A stretch of DNA of 64,000 bases from Sphingomonadales bacterium (GTDB lineage Bacteria > Pseudomonadota > Alphaproteobacteria > Sphingomonadales > Sphingomonadaceae). Below, piece by piece: positions 27,111 through 36,431 of the stretch. The notes under the pieces were generated by a model. The model saw only the letters and a list, made by a program, of their open reading frames with translations, was not told the origin of the DNA and ran no database searches. The stretch covers positions 71,508 through 135,507 of the forward strand of contig JBAXRE010000004.1 of the NCBI GenBank assembly GCA_037131365.1, given 5' to 3'. The translations under genes and the position numbers were made by a program. Every line of letters starts with the position of its first letter. The stretch's first letter is position 1.

Positions 27111-29075
27111 ATGAGTGAGTTTCGCATGACTGACACCAGCGCCAATCTGGCTTCCGAAGGCGACGTGCTGGCAGTGCCGGCGGCCGACACGGGCGCCGCG
27201 ATGGCTGCGGCCGCCGGTGTGCTGGCGCAGGCCGCTGCCACGGCTGCCGCCCCCAGCCGGCCGGGCAGCAGCGAAGTGCTGCCGTGGCGCTTCCATGTCG
27301 AGGTGGACCGCAGCCGCGACGCGTTGCTGACCGATTTCGGCAAGGAAACGCTCGACGACCGCTATCTGCTGCCGGGCGAATCCTATCAGGATCTGTTTGC
27401 CCGTGTTGCCGCCGCCTATGCTGACGATGCCGATCATGCCCAGCGGCTCTACAATTATATCAGCCAGCTGTGGTTCATGCCGGCGACCCCGGTGCTGTCC
27501 AACGGTGGCACCGGGCGCGGCCTGCCGATCAGCTGCTATCTGAACTCGGTGTCCGACAGCCTGGACGGCATCGTCGGCACCTGGAACGAGAATGTCTGGC
27601 TTGCCTCGCGCGGCGGTGGCATCGGCACCTATTGGGGCAATGTGCGCGGTATCGGCGAGCCGGTGGGCCTGAACGGCAAGACCAGCGGCATCATCCCGTT
27701 CGTGCGCGTGATGGACAGCCTCACGCTGGCCATCAGCCAGGGCTCGCTGCGCCGTGGTTCGGCCGCCGTCTATCTTGATGTGTCGCACCCGGAGATCGAG
27801 GAGTTCCTCGAAATCCGCAAGCCGTCGGGCGATTTCAACCGCAAGGCGCTGAACCTGCACCACGGCGTGCTGATCACCGACAAGTTCATGGCAGCGGTGC
27901 GCGATGGCTCCAGCTTCGATCTGGTTAGCCCCAAGACCGGCGAAAAGCGCGCCGAGGTCGATGCCCGCGCGCTGTTCACCAAGCTGTGCGAGACCCGCCT
28001 GGCCACCGGTGAGCCCTACATCATCTTCATCGACGAGGTGAACCGCACGATGCCCAAGCACCAGCGCGATCTGGGGCTGAAGGTGTCGACGTCCAACCTC
28101 TGCTCGGAAATCACGCTGCCGACGGGGCCCGACCATCTGGGCAATGATCGCACCGCCGTGTGCTGCCTGTCGTCGCTGAACCTGGAAACCTGGGATCAGT
28201 GGCACAATGATCCGCGCTTCATCGAGGATTGCATGCGCTTCCTCGACAATGTGCTGCAGGATTACATCGACCGGTCGGAACCGGCGATGGCGCGCGCCGC
28301 CTATGCCGCGATGCGCGAGCGTTCGGTGGGCTTGGGCGTGATGGGCCTGCACAGCTTCTACCAGGCGCGCGGCCTGCCGTTCGAAAGCGCCATGGCGAAG
28401 AGCTGGAACATGAAGATGTTCAAGCATATCCGCGCCCAGGTCGATCAGGCGTCGATGACGCTGGCGGCCGAGCGTGGTCCGTGCCCGGATGCGGCCGACA
28501 TGGGCGTGATGGAACGCTTCAGCTGCAAGATGGCGATCGCGCCGACCGCGTCGATCTCGATCATTTGCGGCGGCACCTCGGCCTGCGTGGAGCCGATCCC
28601 GGCCAACGTCTACACCCACAAGACGCTTTCGGGCAGCTTCGTCGTCAAGAACCCCTATCTTGAGAAGCTGCTGATTTCGAAGGCGAAGAACAGCGACGCG
28701 GTGTGGAACTCCATCCTGGAACGCGGCGGTTCGGTGCAGCATCTGGAATTCCTCACGCCGGAAGAAAAGGCCACCTATCGCACCGCGTTCGAGATCGACC
28801 AGCGCTGGCTGATCGAACTCGCTGCCGACCGCACGCCGTATATCGATCAGGCGCAGTCGCTGAACCTGTTCATCCCGGCCGACGTGGAGAAGTGGGATCT
28901 GCTCATGCTCCACTACCGGGCGTGGGAACTGGGCATCAAGTCGCTCTACTATCTGCGCTCGATGAGCGTGCAGCGCGCCGGGTTCGCCGGGGGTGTCGAG
29001 GCTGACAACACGTCGGCGCCGCCGGTGATCCAGGTGGAACGGCGTGACTATGATGAATGTCTCGCTTGCCAGTAA
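27111..29075 (+). CDS. nrdA: Class I ribonucleotide reductase alpha subunit
   Basis: PATPVLSN, PISCYL, SNLCSEI, AVCCLSSLN, MAIAPTASIS, KSLYYLRS and C-terminal ECLACQ. Start ATG 27111 (alternative 27126). Confidence 0.95.
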   Translation: MSEFRMTDTSANLASEGDVLAVPAADTGAAMAAAAGVLAQAAATAAAPSRPGSSEVLPWRFHVEVDRSRDALLTDFGKETLDDRYLLPGESYQDLFARVAAAYADDADHAQRLYNYISQLWFMPATPVLSNGGTGRGLPISCYLNSVSDSLDGIVGTWNENVWLASRGGGIGTYWGNVRGIGEPVGLNGKTSGIIPFVRVMDSLTLAISQGSLRRGSAAVYLDVSHPEIEEFLEIRKPSGDFNRKALNLHHGVLITDKFMAAVRDGSSFDLVSPKTGEKRAEVDARALFTKLCETRLATGEPYIIFIDEVNRTMPKHQRDLGLKVSTSNLCSEITLPTGPDHLGNDRTAVCCLSSLNLETWDQWHNDPRFIEDCMRFLDNVLQDYIDRSEPAMARAAYAAMRERSVGLGVMGLHSFYQARGLPFESAMAKSWNMKMFKHIRAQVDQASMTLAAERGPCPDAADMGVMERFSCKMAIAPTASISIICGGTSACVEPIPANVYTHKTLSGSFVVKNPYLEKLLISKAKNSDAVWNSILERGGSVQHLEFLTPEEKATYRTAFEIDQRWLIELAADRTPYIDQAQSLNLFIPADVEKWDLLMLHYRAWELGIKSLYYLRSMSVQRAGFAGGVEADNTSAPPVIQVERRDYDECLACQ

Positions 29076-29234
29076 TGTCGAGCTTGCCCTGCCATACCGC
29101 AGGGCAATGCACCGGGCGGGCGCTCCCCGTCCGGATGGTGAGGGGGGTTGGGCGATGACTTCCACGACTTGTCGCCCAAACCCCCTCCCAAACGCTCTGT
29201 TTTTCAAAACTCATCGCAACGCAGGATAACGCCC

Positions 29235-30287
29235 ATGCCGCTCCTTCAGGCATCCAAGTCGTACAAGCCCTTCGAATATCCCTGGGCCTATGATTTCTGG
29301 AAACGTCAGCAACAGATCCACTGGATGCCCGAAGAGGTGCCGCTGGGTGAGGATTGCCGCGATTGGGCGCAGAAGCTGACCGATCACGAGCGCAACCTGC
29401 TCACCCAGATCTTCCGCTTCTTCACCCAGGCCGATGTCGAGGTGCAGGATTGCTATCACGACAAATACGGCAGCGTGTTCAAGCCGACCGAAGTGAAGAT
29501 GATGCTGACATCGTTCTCCAACATGGAAACGATCCACATCGCCGCCTACAGCCACCTGCTCGACACGATCGGCATGCCCGAAAGCGAATACAGCGCCTTC
29601 CTCAACTACAAGGAAATGCGCGACAAGCATGATTACATGAACACCTTCGGGGTGGGCAGCAACGAGGATATCGCCAGGACACTGGCGATGTTCGGCGGCT
29701 TCACCGAAGGCCTGCAGCTGTTCGCCTCTTTCGCCATGCTGATGAACTTCCCGCGCTTCAACAAGATGAAGGGCATGGGCCAGATCGTCAGCTGGAGCGT
29801 GCGCGATGAATCGCTGCACTGCGAAGGCGTCGTGAAGCTGTTCCACGCCTTCTGCGCCGAAACCGGCGTGCTGACGTCCCGCATCCGCGACGACATCGCC
29901 GATGTCTGCCAGCGCACCGTGCGCCTCGAAGATGCCTTCATCGATCTGGCCTTCGAACAGGGCCCGGTCGCCGGCATGACGCCCAAGGACATCAAGCGCT
30001 ACGTCCGCTACATCGCCGATTGGCGCCTGAAGCAGCTTGGCTTGGCTCCGATCTACATGATCGAAGAACATCCGCTGCCGTGGCTGACCCCGCTGCTCAA
30101 CGGTGTTGAACACGCCAACTTCTTCGAAGCCCGCGCCACCGAATATTCCAAGGCCGCCACCAAGGGCGACTGGAACGAAGTGTGGACCGCCTTCGACGCC
30201 CGCAAGGCCGCCAAGTTCGCCAGCGAAACCCAGCCGGCCAACACGGATGACCGCCAGGGCGGGCTGTTGGGTGTGGCGGCGGAGTAA
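29235..30287 (+). CDS. nrdB: Class Ia ribonucleotide reductase beta subunit
   Basis: FFTQAD (Asp ligand), ETIHIAAY (radical Tyr retained), FTEGLQLF, RDESLH, ANFFE. Confidence 0.95.
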   Translation: MPLLQASKSYKPFEYPWAYDFWKRQQQIHWMPEEVPLGEDCRDWAQKLTDHERNLLTQIFRFFTQADVEVQDCYHDKYGSVFKPTEVKMMLTSFSNMETIHIAAYSHLLDTIGMPESEYSAFLNYKEMRDKHDYMNTFGVGSNEDIARTLAMFGGFTEGLQLFASFAMLMNFPRFNKMKGMGQIVSWSVRDESLHCEGVVKLFHAFCAETGVLTSRIRDDIADVCQRTVRLEDAFIDLAFEQGPVAGMTPKDIKRYVRYIADWRLKQLGLAPIYMIEEHPLPWLTPLLNGVEHANFFEARATEYSKAATKGDWNEVWTAFDARKAAKFASETQPANTDDRQGGLLGVAAE

Positions 30288-30295
30288 GGAGAGGC

Positions 30296-30544
30296 AAGGG
30301 GCCTCCGGCGGGCAGGGACGCAGTCCCTGCACCCGTTCGTTTGGGGGTCGGTCTCAATCTCTGCGATTGCCCAAGACGTTATGAATTTCAGCCTGTCGCC
30401 TTTGGCGGCAGGCTGTTTCTCTTTCGCGTGACGGCACAAGACAAAGCGGGGCCCCGGATCACGTCCGGGGCGACGAAGGAGGGGAGAGGGGTGTCCCAAA
30501 CGAACGGGTGCAGGGACTGAGTCCCTGCCCGCCGGAGGCCCCTT
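30296..30544. mobile_element. MITE-like element (or inverted pair of dispersed repeats) with 50-bp terminal inverted repeats
   Basis: 30296-30345 is the reverse complement of 30495-30544 at 49/50 positions. The interior has a hairpin (30389-30415) and a REP-like palindrome (30451-30471). No ORF of note and no clear target-site duplication. Confidence 0.6.
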
Positions 30545-30599
30545 CTTGGTTCTCTCTCGTCAAGAAAGGCAAATCCCTTTCTGATTCCCTTTTGTCCCT

Positions 30600-31277
30600 T
30601 CACGACAATTTGCGGCCGACCCAGACGACGCGGCCGATGATGGTGATGGCGGCGGGGTCGCAATCGGGCCAGCTGGGGTAGGCGTCATTGTCGGAGGTGA
30701 TGGTGATGCGGCGGGTGGCCGGGTTGGGGGAGAGGCGCTTGACGAGCAGCGCATCATCGAGCCGCAGCACATAGATCCCGTCGCGCAGGCGGCCCGGATC
30801 CTGGGTGTCGATCAGGATCTGGTCGCCGTCGGCCAGGGTGGGCAGCATCGAATCGCCTTCGACGGTGAGGATGGCCAGCGCTTCGGCCGGGCTGTTGGAG
30901 AGGTGGCGCACGAAACCGGCCTGGAAGGCGATGCTGGCGGCGGGTTCCTCCGAATCGGCCAGTGTGCCGGGGCCGGCGGAGGCGCGGACCTGATATTGCG
31001 GGATCAGCACATAGTCTTCGGCGGCGCGGGCGAGGCCGGGGCGGGAGAGCAGGGCGCGGCCATCGGGGGCCGGGCCGCCGAGCAGATGTTCGGCGATGCC
31101 GAAATGGTCGCTGAGGATGCGCCGGTCGCTTTCGGACAGCCGGCGCGGCACGCCGCGTTTGATGAATTGCTGGATATAGCTGGCATTGCGACCGAGGCGC
31201 CGCGACAGCGAGGCATAATCCTCACCGCGGGCAGCGATCAGCGCGTCCAGCCGTGCCCGGATGACGGTGCTGTCCAT
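30600..31277 (-). CDS. LexA/CI-like S24 peptidase-HTH repressor
   Basis: HTH (SLSRRLGRNASYIQQFI), Ala-Gly site RASAGPG, catalytic Ser (VEGDSM) and Lys (LLVKRL). Confidence 0.9.
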   Translation of the reverse strand: MDSTVIRARLDALIAARGEDYASLSRRLGRNASYIQQFIKRGVPRRLSESDRRILSDHFGIAEHLLGGPAPDGRALLSRPGLARAAEDYVLIPQYQVRASAGPGTLADSEEPAASIAFQAGFVRHLSNSPAEALAILTVEGDSMLPTLADGDQILIDTQDPGRLRDGIYVLRLDDALLVKRLSPNPATRRITITSDNDAYPSWPDCDPAAITIIGRVVWVGRKLS

Positions 31278-31330
31278 AGTGACGGGCCTCCCTTCCTGGC
31301 CCGCCGACCAGCCTATAGCAGTAGTTTTTT

Positions 31331-31369
31331 TCCTAGACTAGTAGGATTTTAACCCAGATAAACCGGGTT
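31331..31369. promoter_or_regulatory. Candidate operator palindromes between divergent repressor and Cro-like gene
   Basis: TCCTA-N6-TAGGA at 31331-31346, flanked by T runs, and AACCC-N9-GGGTT at 31351-31369, in an AT-rich gap. Confidence 0.5.
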
Positions 31370-31430
31370 GTCAGCCGAATCGCGAGGGAGTCGGTCGACA
31401 AAAAACGAGTTAGTACAGGGAGTGACAGGC

Positions 31431-31670
31431 ATGAGCCTCTTACCTGTCGTCGAACGCCATCTGCGCGTTCACGGCGTACCGCCCTCGCGCTTTGGCCGGC
31501 TGGTCGCCGGTGATCCGCGATTCGTCTTTGATCTGCGCCGTGGACGCGAGCCGCGGCGTGCCACCACCGAACGCGTGCTGGCCCATATCGCCAGCACCGA
31601 TGCCCAGGCGCGCAGTGGGGCGCCTGTTGCCGGCAGCCGAATGGAGGGTCCCCATGCGACCGCATTGTGA
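31431..31670 (+). CDS. Small Cro-like HTH protein
   Basis: 79 aa, VPPSRFGRLVAGDPRFVFDLRRGREPR, the pattern of alphaproteobacterial Cro-like proteins. Divergent from the S24 repressor. Confidence 0.7.
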   Translation: MSLLPVVERHLRVHGVPPSRFGRLVAGDPRFVFDLRRGREPRRATTERVLAHIASTDAQARSGAPVAGSRMEGPHATAL

Positions 31671-31977
31671 TCGTGCCCAGGCCGCCATCCTGCGCAGTGT
31701 GGCCGGCATCGCCGCGCCGCTGGGCGCCCGGGTTGTGATCGAGGAACTGCGCGCCCGGGACTGGGCCAGCCTGACGCTGACCGGCATGCGCCATGAACTC
31801 GACATACGGCTCGACGGGCCGGGTTCGGCGGCCGCGCTGGCGGCGGTGGCGAACCGATTGCCCGGCGAACCGATCGCCATCAGCGGCCAGATCCTGGCCG
31901 AAATCCTGGTCGAGCCTGGCACGGCCGACGATGACGGGGTGGCGTTGACGCTGTGTGCCCTGGTGATCAACGATTGA
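31654..31977 (+). CDS. Hypothetical protein (107 aa)
   Basis: GGAGG SD, overlap with the Cro-like gene, and DWASLTLTGMRHEL...EPIAISGQILAEI pattern. Function unknown. Confidence 0.7.
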   Translation: MRPHCDRAQAAILRSVAGIAAPLGARVVIEELRARDWASLTLTGMRHELDIRLDGPGSAAALAAVANRLPGEPIAISGQILAEILVEPGTADDDGVALTLCALVIND

Positions 31978-32202
31978 TCATCTGACGCCCTGTCTGCCGC
32001 AAGTCGCGGGCGTCCGGGGGGAGCGCCGCTTGCGGGCAGGGGGCAGGATTGCCGCAGTTGAGTGTGGCTCAAAAATTCACTTGTCATCGCGGCGCTGCGC
32101 AGCCACATTCTGAGCCGTAATCAAATCTGCCCTGACACGTCCCCCCCGCATCCGGTTTGGGGACAGTGCGGCGGCAGCACGACGGTTCGGGGCTGGCGGG
32201 CG

Positions 32203-33300
32203 ATGACGATGACGGCAGATCGGGCGCGCAAGGCGCCGGAAACTTCACCAAAATCACTGACAACTGGCCCCGGCGCCGCCGCGCTGGTGGGCCTGCTGCT
32301 GCTTGGCGCCTGCGCTGACAAGGCGGCCGCGCCGCCGGCGCCGGCACCGGCAGCCCCGGTGCGGGTGGAGCCGGCCGTGCCGGCCAGCGGCACTGCCGAA
32401 CTGGTGGTGCCGGGCACGGTGCGGCTGAAGCGCGAGACGCCGCTGGCCTTTGCCTCCCCGGGCCGCATCGCTGCCATCCTCGTCCGTGAAGGGGACCGTG
32501 TGGCCGCCGGCCAGACGCTGGCGCGGCTCGACACGACGTCGCTGGGTGCCGCGCAAGCCGCGGCCGCCGCAGAGGTGGAGCGCGCCGAAGCCGACCTCAA
32601 GCGGCTGGAGGGGCTGTTTGCCAAGGGCTGGATCACGGCGCCCCGGGTGGAACAGGCCCGTGCCACGCTGGCGGCGGCCCGCAGCCGGGCCCGCGCCGCC
32701 GGTTTCGACATGGCGCTGGCGGTGCTGCGCGCGCCGACCGCCGGGGTCGTGCTGTCGCGCCCGGCCGAACCCGGCCAGATCGCGCAGCCCGGCCAGACCA
32801 TCCTGAGCATCGGCGAGCAATCCCACGGCTTTGTGCTGCGCATGCCGCTGTCTGACCGGGATGCGGCGCGGGTGCGGCCGGGCCAGGCCGCCAGTGTCAG
32901 CATCCCGGCGCTGGGCGGCGTGGTGCTGACCGCGCGCGTGAGCGAAGTGGGCGCCCGCAGCGAGGATGGCACCGGCACCTTCCGTGTGGAGGTGAGGCTG
33001 CCGCCCGATCCGCGCCTGGCGTCAGGCCAGATCGGCCGGGCGCGGCTGACGCTGGGCACGGCCGAACCGGGCGCGCCGCTGCGCGTGCCGGCCACTGCCG
33101 TCTTTTCCGCCCGCGCTGACGAGGGGTTTGTCTATGTGCTGGAACCCGCCACGCGGCGGGTGCGGCAGCGCCTTGTCGCGCTGGGGCGGGTGGCCAGTGA
33201 TGGTGTCGTCGTTACCGCCGGCCTGACGGCGGGTGACCAGGTGGTGACCACCGGCGTGGACCGGCTGCGTGACGGCCAGCGGGTGGAACTGGTGAAGTGA
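32203..33300 (+). CDS. RND efflux periplasmic adaptor (membrane fusion lipoprotein)
   Basis: Lipobox LLGAC, GRIAAILVREGDRV..GQ.LA lipoyl motif, LRAP..GVV. Confidence 0.9.
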   Translation: MTMTADRARKAPETSPKSLTTGPGAAALVGLLLLGACADKAAAPPAPAPAAPVRVEPAVPASGTAELVVPGTVRLKRETPLAFASPGRIAAILVREGDRVAAGQTLARLDTTSLGAAQAAAAAEVERAEADLKRLEGLFAKGWITAPRVEQARATLAAARSRARAAGFDMALAVLRAPTAGVVLSRPAEPGQIAQPGQTILSIGEQSHGFVLRMPLSDRDAARVRPGQAASVSIPALGGVVLTARVSEVGARSEDGTGTFRVEVRLPPDPRLASGQIGRARLTLGTAEPGAPLRVPATAVFSARADEGFVYVLEPATRRVRQRLVALGRVASDGVVVTAGLTAGDQVVTTGVDRLRDGQRVELVK

Positions 33301-36300
33301 CCGGCATCATCCGCTTTGCCATCTCGCGCTGGCAGATCACCCTGGTGGTGTTCCTGGCGCTGGCGGCGCTGGGCACATCCGCGTTCCTGACCATCCCGCG
33401 ATCGGTGGATCCGCATTTCCCGTCGCCGTTCATCAACATCGTCGCCACCGTGCCGGGTGCCGAGCCGGCCGACATGGAAGCCACCGTCGCCAAGCCGATC
33501 GAGGATGTGGTGCAGGGGCTGGACGGCATCGTGAAGGTGCAGTCGCAGTCCACGGATTCGACCGCTGTCATCACCGCCGAGTTCAGCTGGGACGGCGATG
33601 CCGAGAAAAATTATGACGAGGTGGTGCGCGAGGTGAACGCCATCCGCCCCAACCTGCCATCCGCGCTGTCCCGGCTGGAATTCCGCAAGACCCGCACCAC
33701 GGAAGCTGCCGTGCTGCAGTTCGCGTTGGTGTCGGAAACGGCCAGCTATCGCCGGCTGGAGAAGATCGCCAAGGACCTGCGCGAGCGGCTGATCCGGGTG
33801 CCCGGCGTGCGCGCCACGCGGGTGTGGGCGCTGCCGGTGCCGGAAATGCGGGTCGCGCTCGACAATGGCCGGCTGGCGCAGCTGGGCATTCCGGTCACCG
33901 CCGTGACCGACGCGCTGCGCGGCGGCGGCCAGGATCTGCCGCCGGGCGCCGTGCAGAGCGGCGAGGCGCGGCTGAACGTGCAGGCCGGCGGCGCCTATCG
34001 ATCGGTGGACGAGGTTGCCGACGAGCCGGTGCGCGCGCAGGGCGGGCGCATCGTGCGGGTGAAGGATGTGGCGCAGGTGGGCTGGGCCTATGAGGAGCAG
34101 CCGCACTATGCCCGCCTCAACGGCAAGCGCGCGGTGTGGGTGACGCTCACGCAGAAGGACGGCCTCAATGTGCTGGACATCCGCAATGCCGCGGTGAAGG
34201 CGGCCGATGCCTATCGCAGCCAGCTGCCGCCCGATGTGCAGCTGGTGGTGGGTTTTGACCAGAGCGATGACATCGCCCGCAAGCTGAGCCAGCTGGGACG
34301 CGATTTCGGCATCGCGCTGGGCCTGGTGCTGATCACCCTGCTGCCGCTGGGCTGGCGCGCGTCGATCGTTGTCATGGTCTCGGTGCCGCTCAGCCTGGCG
34401 ATGGGCGTTGCGATCCTGGGCTGGAGCGGCTTCACCCTCAATCAGCTGGCGATTTCCGGCTTCATCATCGCGCTTGGCCTGCTGGTGGACGACAGCATCG
34501 TGGTGACCGAAAACATCGCCCGCCACCTGCGAATGGGCAAATCGCGGCAGACGGCGGCCATCGACGGCACCAGCCAGATCGCCGTGGCGGTGATCGGTTG
34601 CACCTTCGTGCTGCTGTTCGCCTTCCTGCCGCTGACCATGTTGCCCGAAGGCGCCGGCAAATTCACCCGCAGCCTGCCGGTGGCGGTGCTGGGCACGGTG
34701 GCGGCATCCCTGCTGGTGTCGCTGACGATCGTGCCGTTCCTGGCCAGCCGGGTGCTGCCGCGCGCCGAAAGCGAACATGGCAACCGTTTCCTGCAGGTGG
34801 TGAACAGCGGCATCCACCGTTTCTACCAGCCGGTGCTGCACTGGGGCCTCACCCACCCGTGGCGGGCGATGGCGGCGGCGACCCTGCTGATCTTTTCGGG
34901 CTTTGGCCTGGTGCCGCTGATCGGATCGAGCCTGTTTCCGCCGGCCGAAACCCCCTATTTCCTGGTGCAGGTGACTGGCAGCGAAGGCGCCGCCATCCCG
35001 GCCACCGACCGGGCCGTGCACACGGTGGAAGCGGCGCTGAAGAACGAACCGTCTGTCGAGGCGGTGATGAGCAACATCGGCCGCGGCAACCCGCAGATCT
35101 TCTACAACCAGCGCAATTTCGACCAGCGCAGCAACATCGGCGAGGTGCTGGTGGTGCTGAAGGCGTGGGACAAGGATGGCGGCCCGGCCTTGGTTGACCG
35201 GCTGCGCAGGCGGCTCGCGCAGTCGCCGGACGCGCAATATGTCGTGAAGATCTTCCAGAACGGCCCGCCCATCGACGCACCGATCCAGATCCGTATCATC
35301 GGCCCGGAACTGGAGACGCTGAAGCGCCTGGCCAGCGAGGTGGAAACGGTGATGCGCCGCGTGCCGGGCACGCGCGACGTGCGCAATCCGGTTGCCGTTG
35401 ACCAGCCGCGCCTCAACCTTGGTCTTGATGGCGACAAGGCGGCGTTGCTGGGCGTGGCGCCGGGCGCACCGCGCCGGGCGCTGCGCCTCGCGCTGGTCGG
35501 CGAGGCAGCGGGGCGGTTCCGCGACGTGGAAGGCGACAGTTACAACGTGGTCGTGCGGCTGCCGCTGGCCCAGCGCCACGATATCCGCGTGCTCGACGAT
35601 ATCTATCTGCCCGGCAGCAGCGGCGTGGTGCCGCTGCGCGAGATCGCCCGGCCCTATCTTGATTCGGCGCCGCCGCGCATCAACCGCGAGCGCCAGAGCC
35701 GCGTGGTCTATGTCGATGCGCAGGTGGCTGACGGTTATCTCACCGCCAAGGTGAACAAGGCGGTGGTGGACGCCGTCCAGACGGTGAAGCTGCCCGAAGG
35801 CTATCGCTTCGATGTGGGCGGGGAGGCGGAGACGGCGGCGCGCAGCTTTGGCGGGCTGGGGCCGATCATCGCGCTGGCCGTGTTCGGCATCTTGGCCGTG
35901 CTGGTGATCGAATTCGGCCGTTTCCGCGAGACATTGGTGGTCGCCGGTGTCATCCCGCTGGGCCTGTTCGGCGGGTTGGTGGCGCTGTTCCTCACCGGCA
36001 ACTCGCTCAGCTATACGGCGGTGATCGGGTTCGTCGCGCTGATCGGGATCGAGATCAAGAACAGCCTGTTGCTGGTCGATTTCACCACCCAGTTGCGCGC
36101 GGCCGGCCGCCCGCTGCGCGATGCGATCGAGGAGGCCGGCGAGGTGCGGTTCCTGCCAGTGCTGCTCACCAGTGTCACCGCCATTGGCGGGTTGTTGCCG
36201 CTCGCCCTGTCCGGCTCCGGCCTTTATGGCCCGCTGGCCTGGGTGATCATCGGCGGGCTGGTGTCGTCCACGCTGCTCAGCCGTGTCGTCACGCCGGTGA

Positions 36301-36395
36301 TGTATCTGCTGATCGTGCGCGGCGTGGCCGAGGCCGGGCCGGGACCGACGCCAGATACCATGCATGACACTTTGCCCATGCAAAGCAGCGCTTGA
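33297..36395 (+). CDS. RND efflux permease (AcrB/AcrD/AcrF family)
   Basis: 1032 aa, GLLVDDSIVV.ENI, IEIKNSLLLVD, RFLPVLLTS. Overlaps the adaptor stop. Confidence 0.95.
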   Translation: MTGIIRFAISRWQITLVVFLALAALGTSAFLTIPRSVDPHFPSPFINIVATVPGAEPADMEATVAKPIEDVVQGLDGIVKVQSQSTDSTAVITAEFSWDGDAEKNYDEVVREVNAIRPNLPSALSRLEFRKTRTTEAAVLQFALVSETASYRRLEKIAKDLRERLIRVPGVRATRVWALPVPEMRVALDNGRLAQLGIPVTAVTDALRGGGQDLPPGAVQSGEARLNVQAGGAYRSVDEVADEPVRAQGGRIVRVKDVAQVGWAYEEQPHYARLNGKRAVWVTLTQKDGLNVLDIRNAAVKAADAYRSQLPPDVQLVVGFDQSDDIARKLSQLGRDFGIALGLVLITLLPLGWRASIVVMVSVPLSLAMGVAILGWSGFTLNQLAISGFIIALGLLVDDSIVVTENIARHLRMGKSRQTAAIDGTSQIAVAVIGCTFVLLFAFLPLTMLPEGAGKFTRSLPVAVLGTVAASLLVSLTIVPFLASRVLPRAESEHGNRFLQVVNSGIHRFYQPVLHWGLTHPWRAMAAATLLIFSGFGLVPLIGSSLFPPAETPYFLVQVTGSEGAAIPATDRAVHTVEAALKNEPSVEAVMSNIGRGNPQIFYNQRNFDQRSNIGEVLVVLKAWDKDGGPALVDRLRRRLAQSPDAQYVVKIFQNGPPIDAPIQIRIIGPELETLKRLASEVETVMRRVPGTRDVRNPVAVDQPRLNLGLDGDKAALLGVAPGAPRRALRLALVGEAAGRFRDVEGDSYNVVVRLPLAQRHDIRVLDDIYLPGSSGVVPLREIARPYLDSAPPRINRERQSRVVYVDAQVADGYLTAKVNKAVVDAVQTVKLPEGYRFDVGGEAETAARSFGGLGPIIALAVFGILAVLVIEFGRFRETLVVAGVIPLGLFGGLVALFLTGNSLSYTAVIGFVALIGIEIKNSLLLVDFTTQLRAAGRPLRDAIEEAGEVRFLPVLLTSVTAIGGLLPLALSGSGLYGPLAWVIIGGLVSSTLLSRVVTPVMYLLIVRGVAEAGPGPTPDTMHDTLPMQSSA

Positions 36396-36431
36396 TTGCG
36401 CTGGCGGCCCGGCTTCTTTATCCCGGCAGCC

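Noticed and set aside
27111-30287. Intein or intron in nrdA/nrdB; class Ic or metal-free variant
   Set aside because: The ORFs are continuous and of normal length with no splice motifs. The Asp ligand and radical Tyr are retained, consistent with class Ia.
30600-31977. Prophage
   Set aside because: No integrase, replication, terminase or structural genes and no att repeats seen. Kept only as an orphan switch.
36396-36431. SAM riboswitch ahead of metZ
   Set aside because: Only 36 nt separate the genes, and I see no SAM-II or SAM-SAH core.
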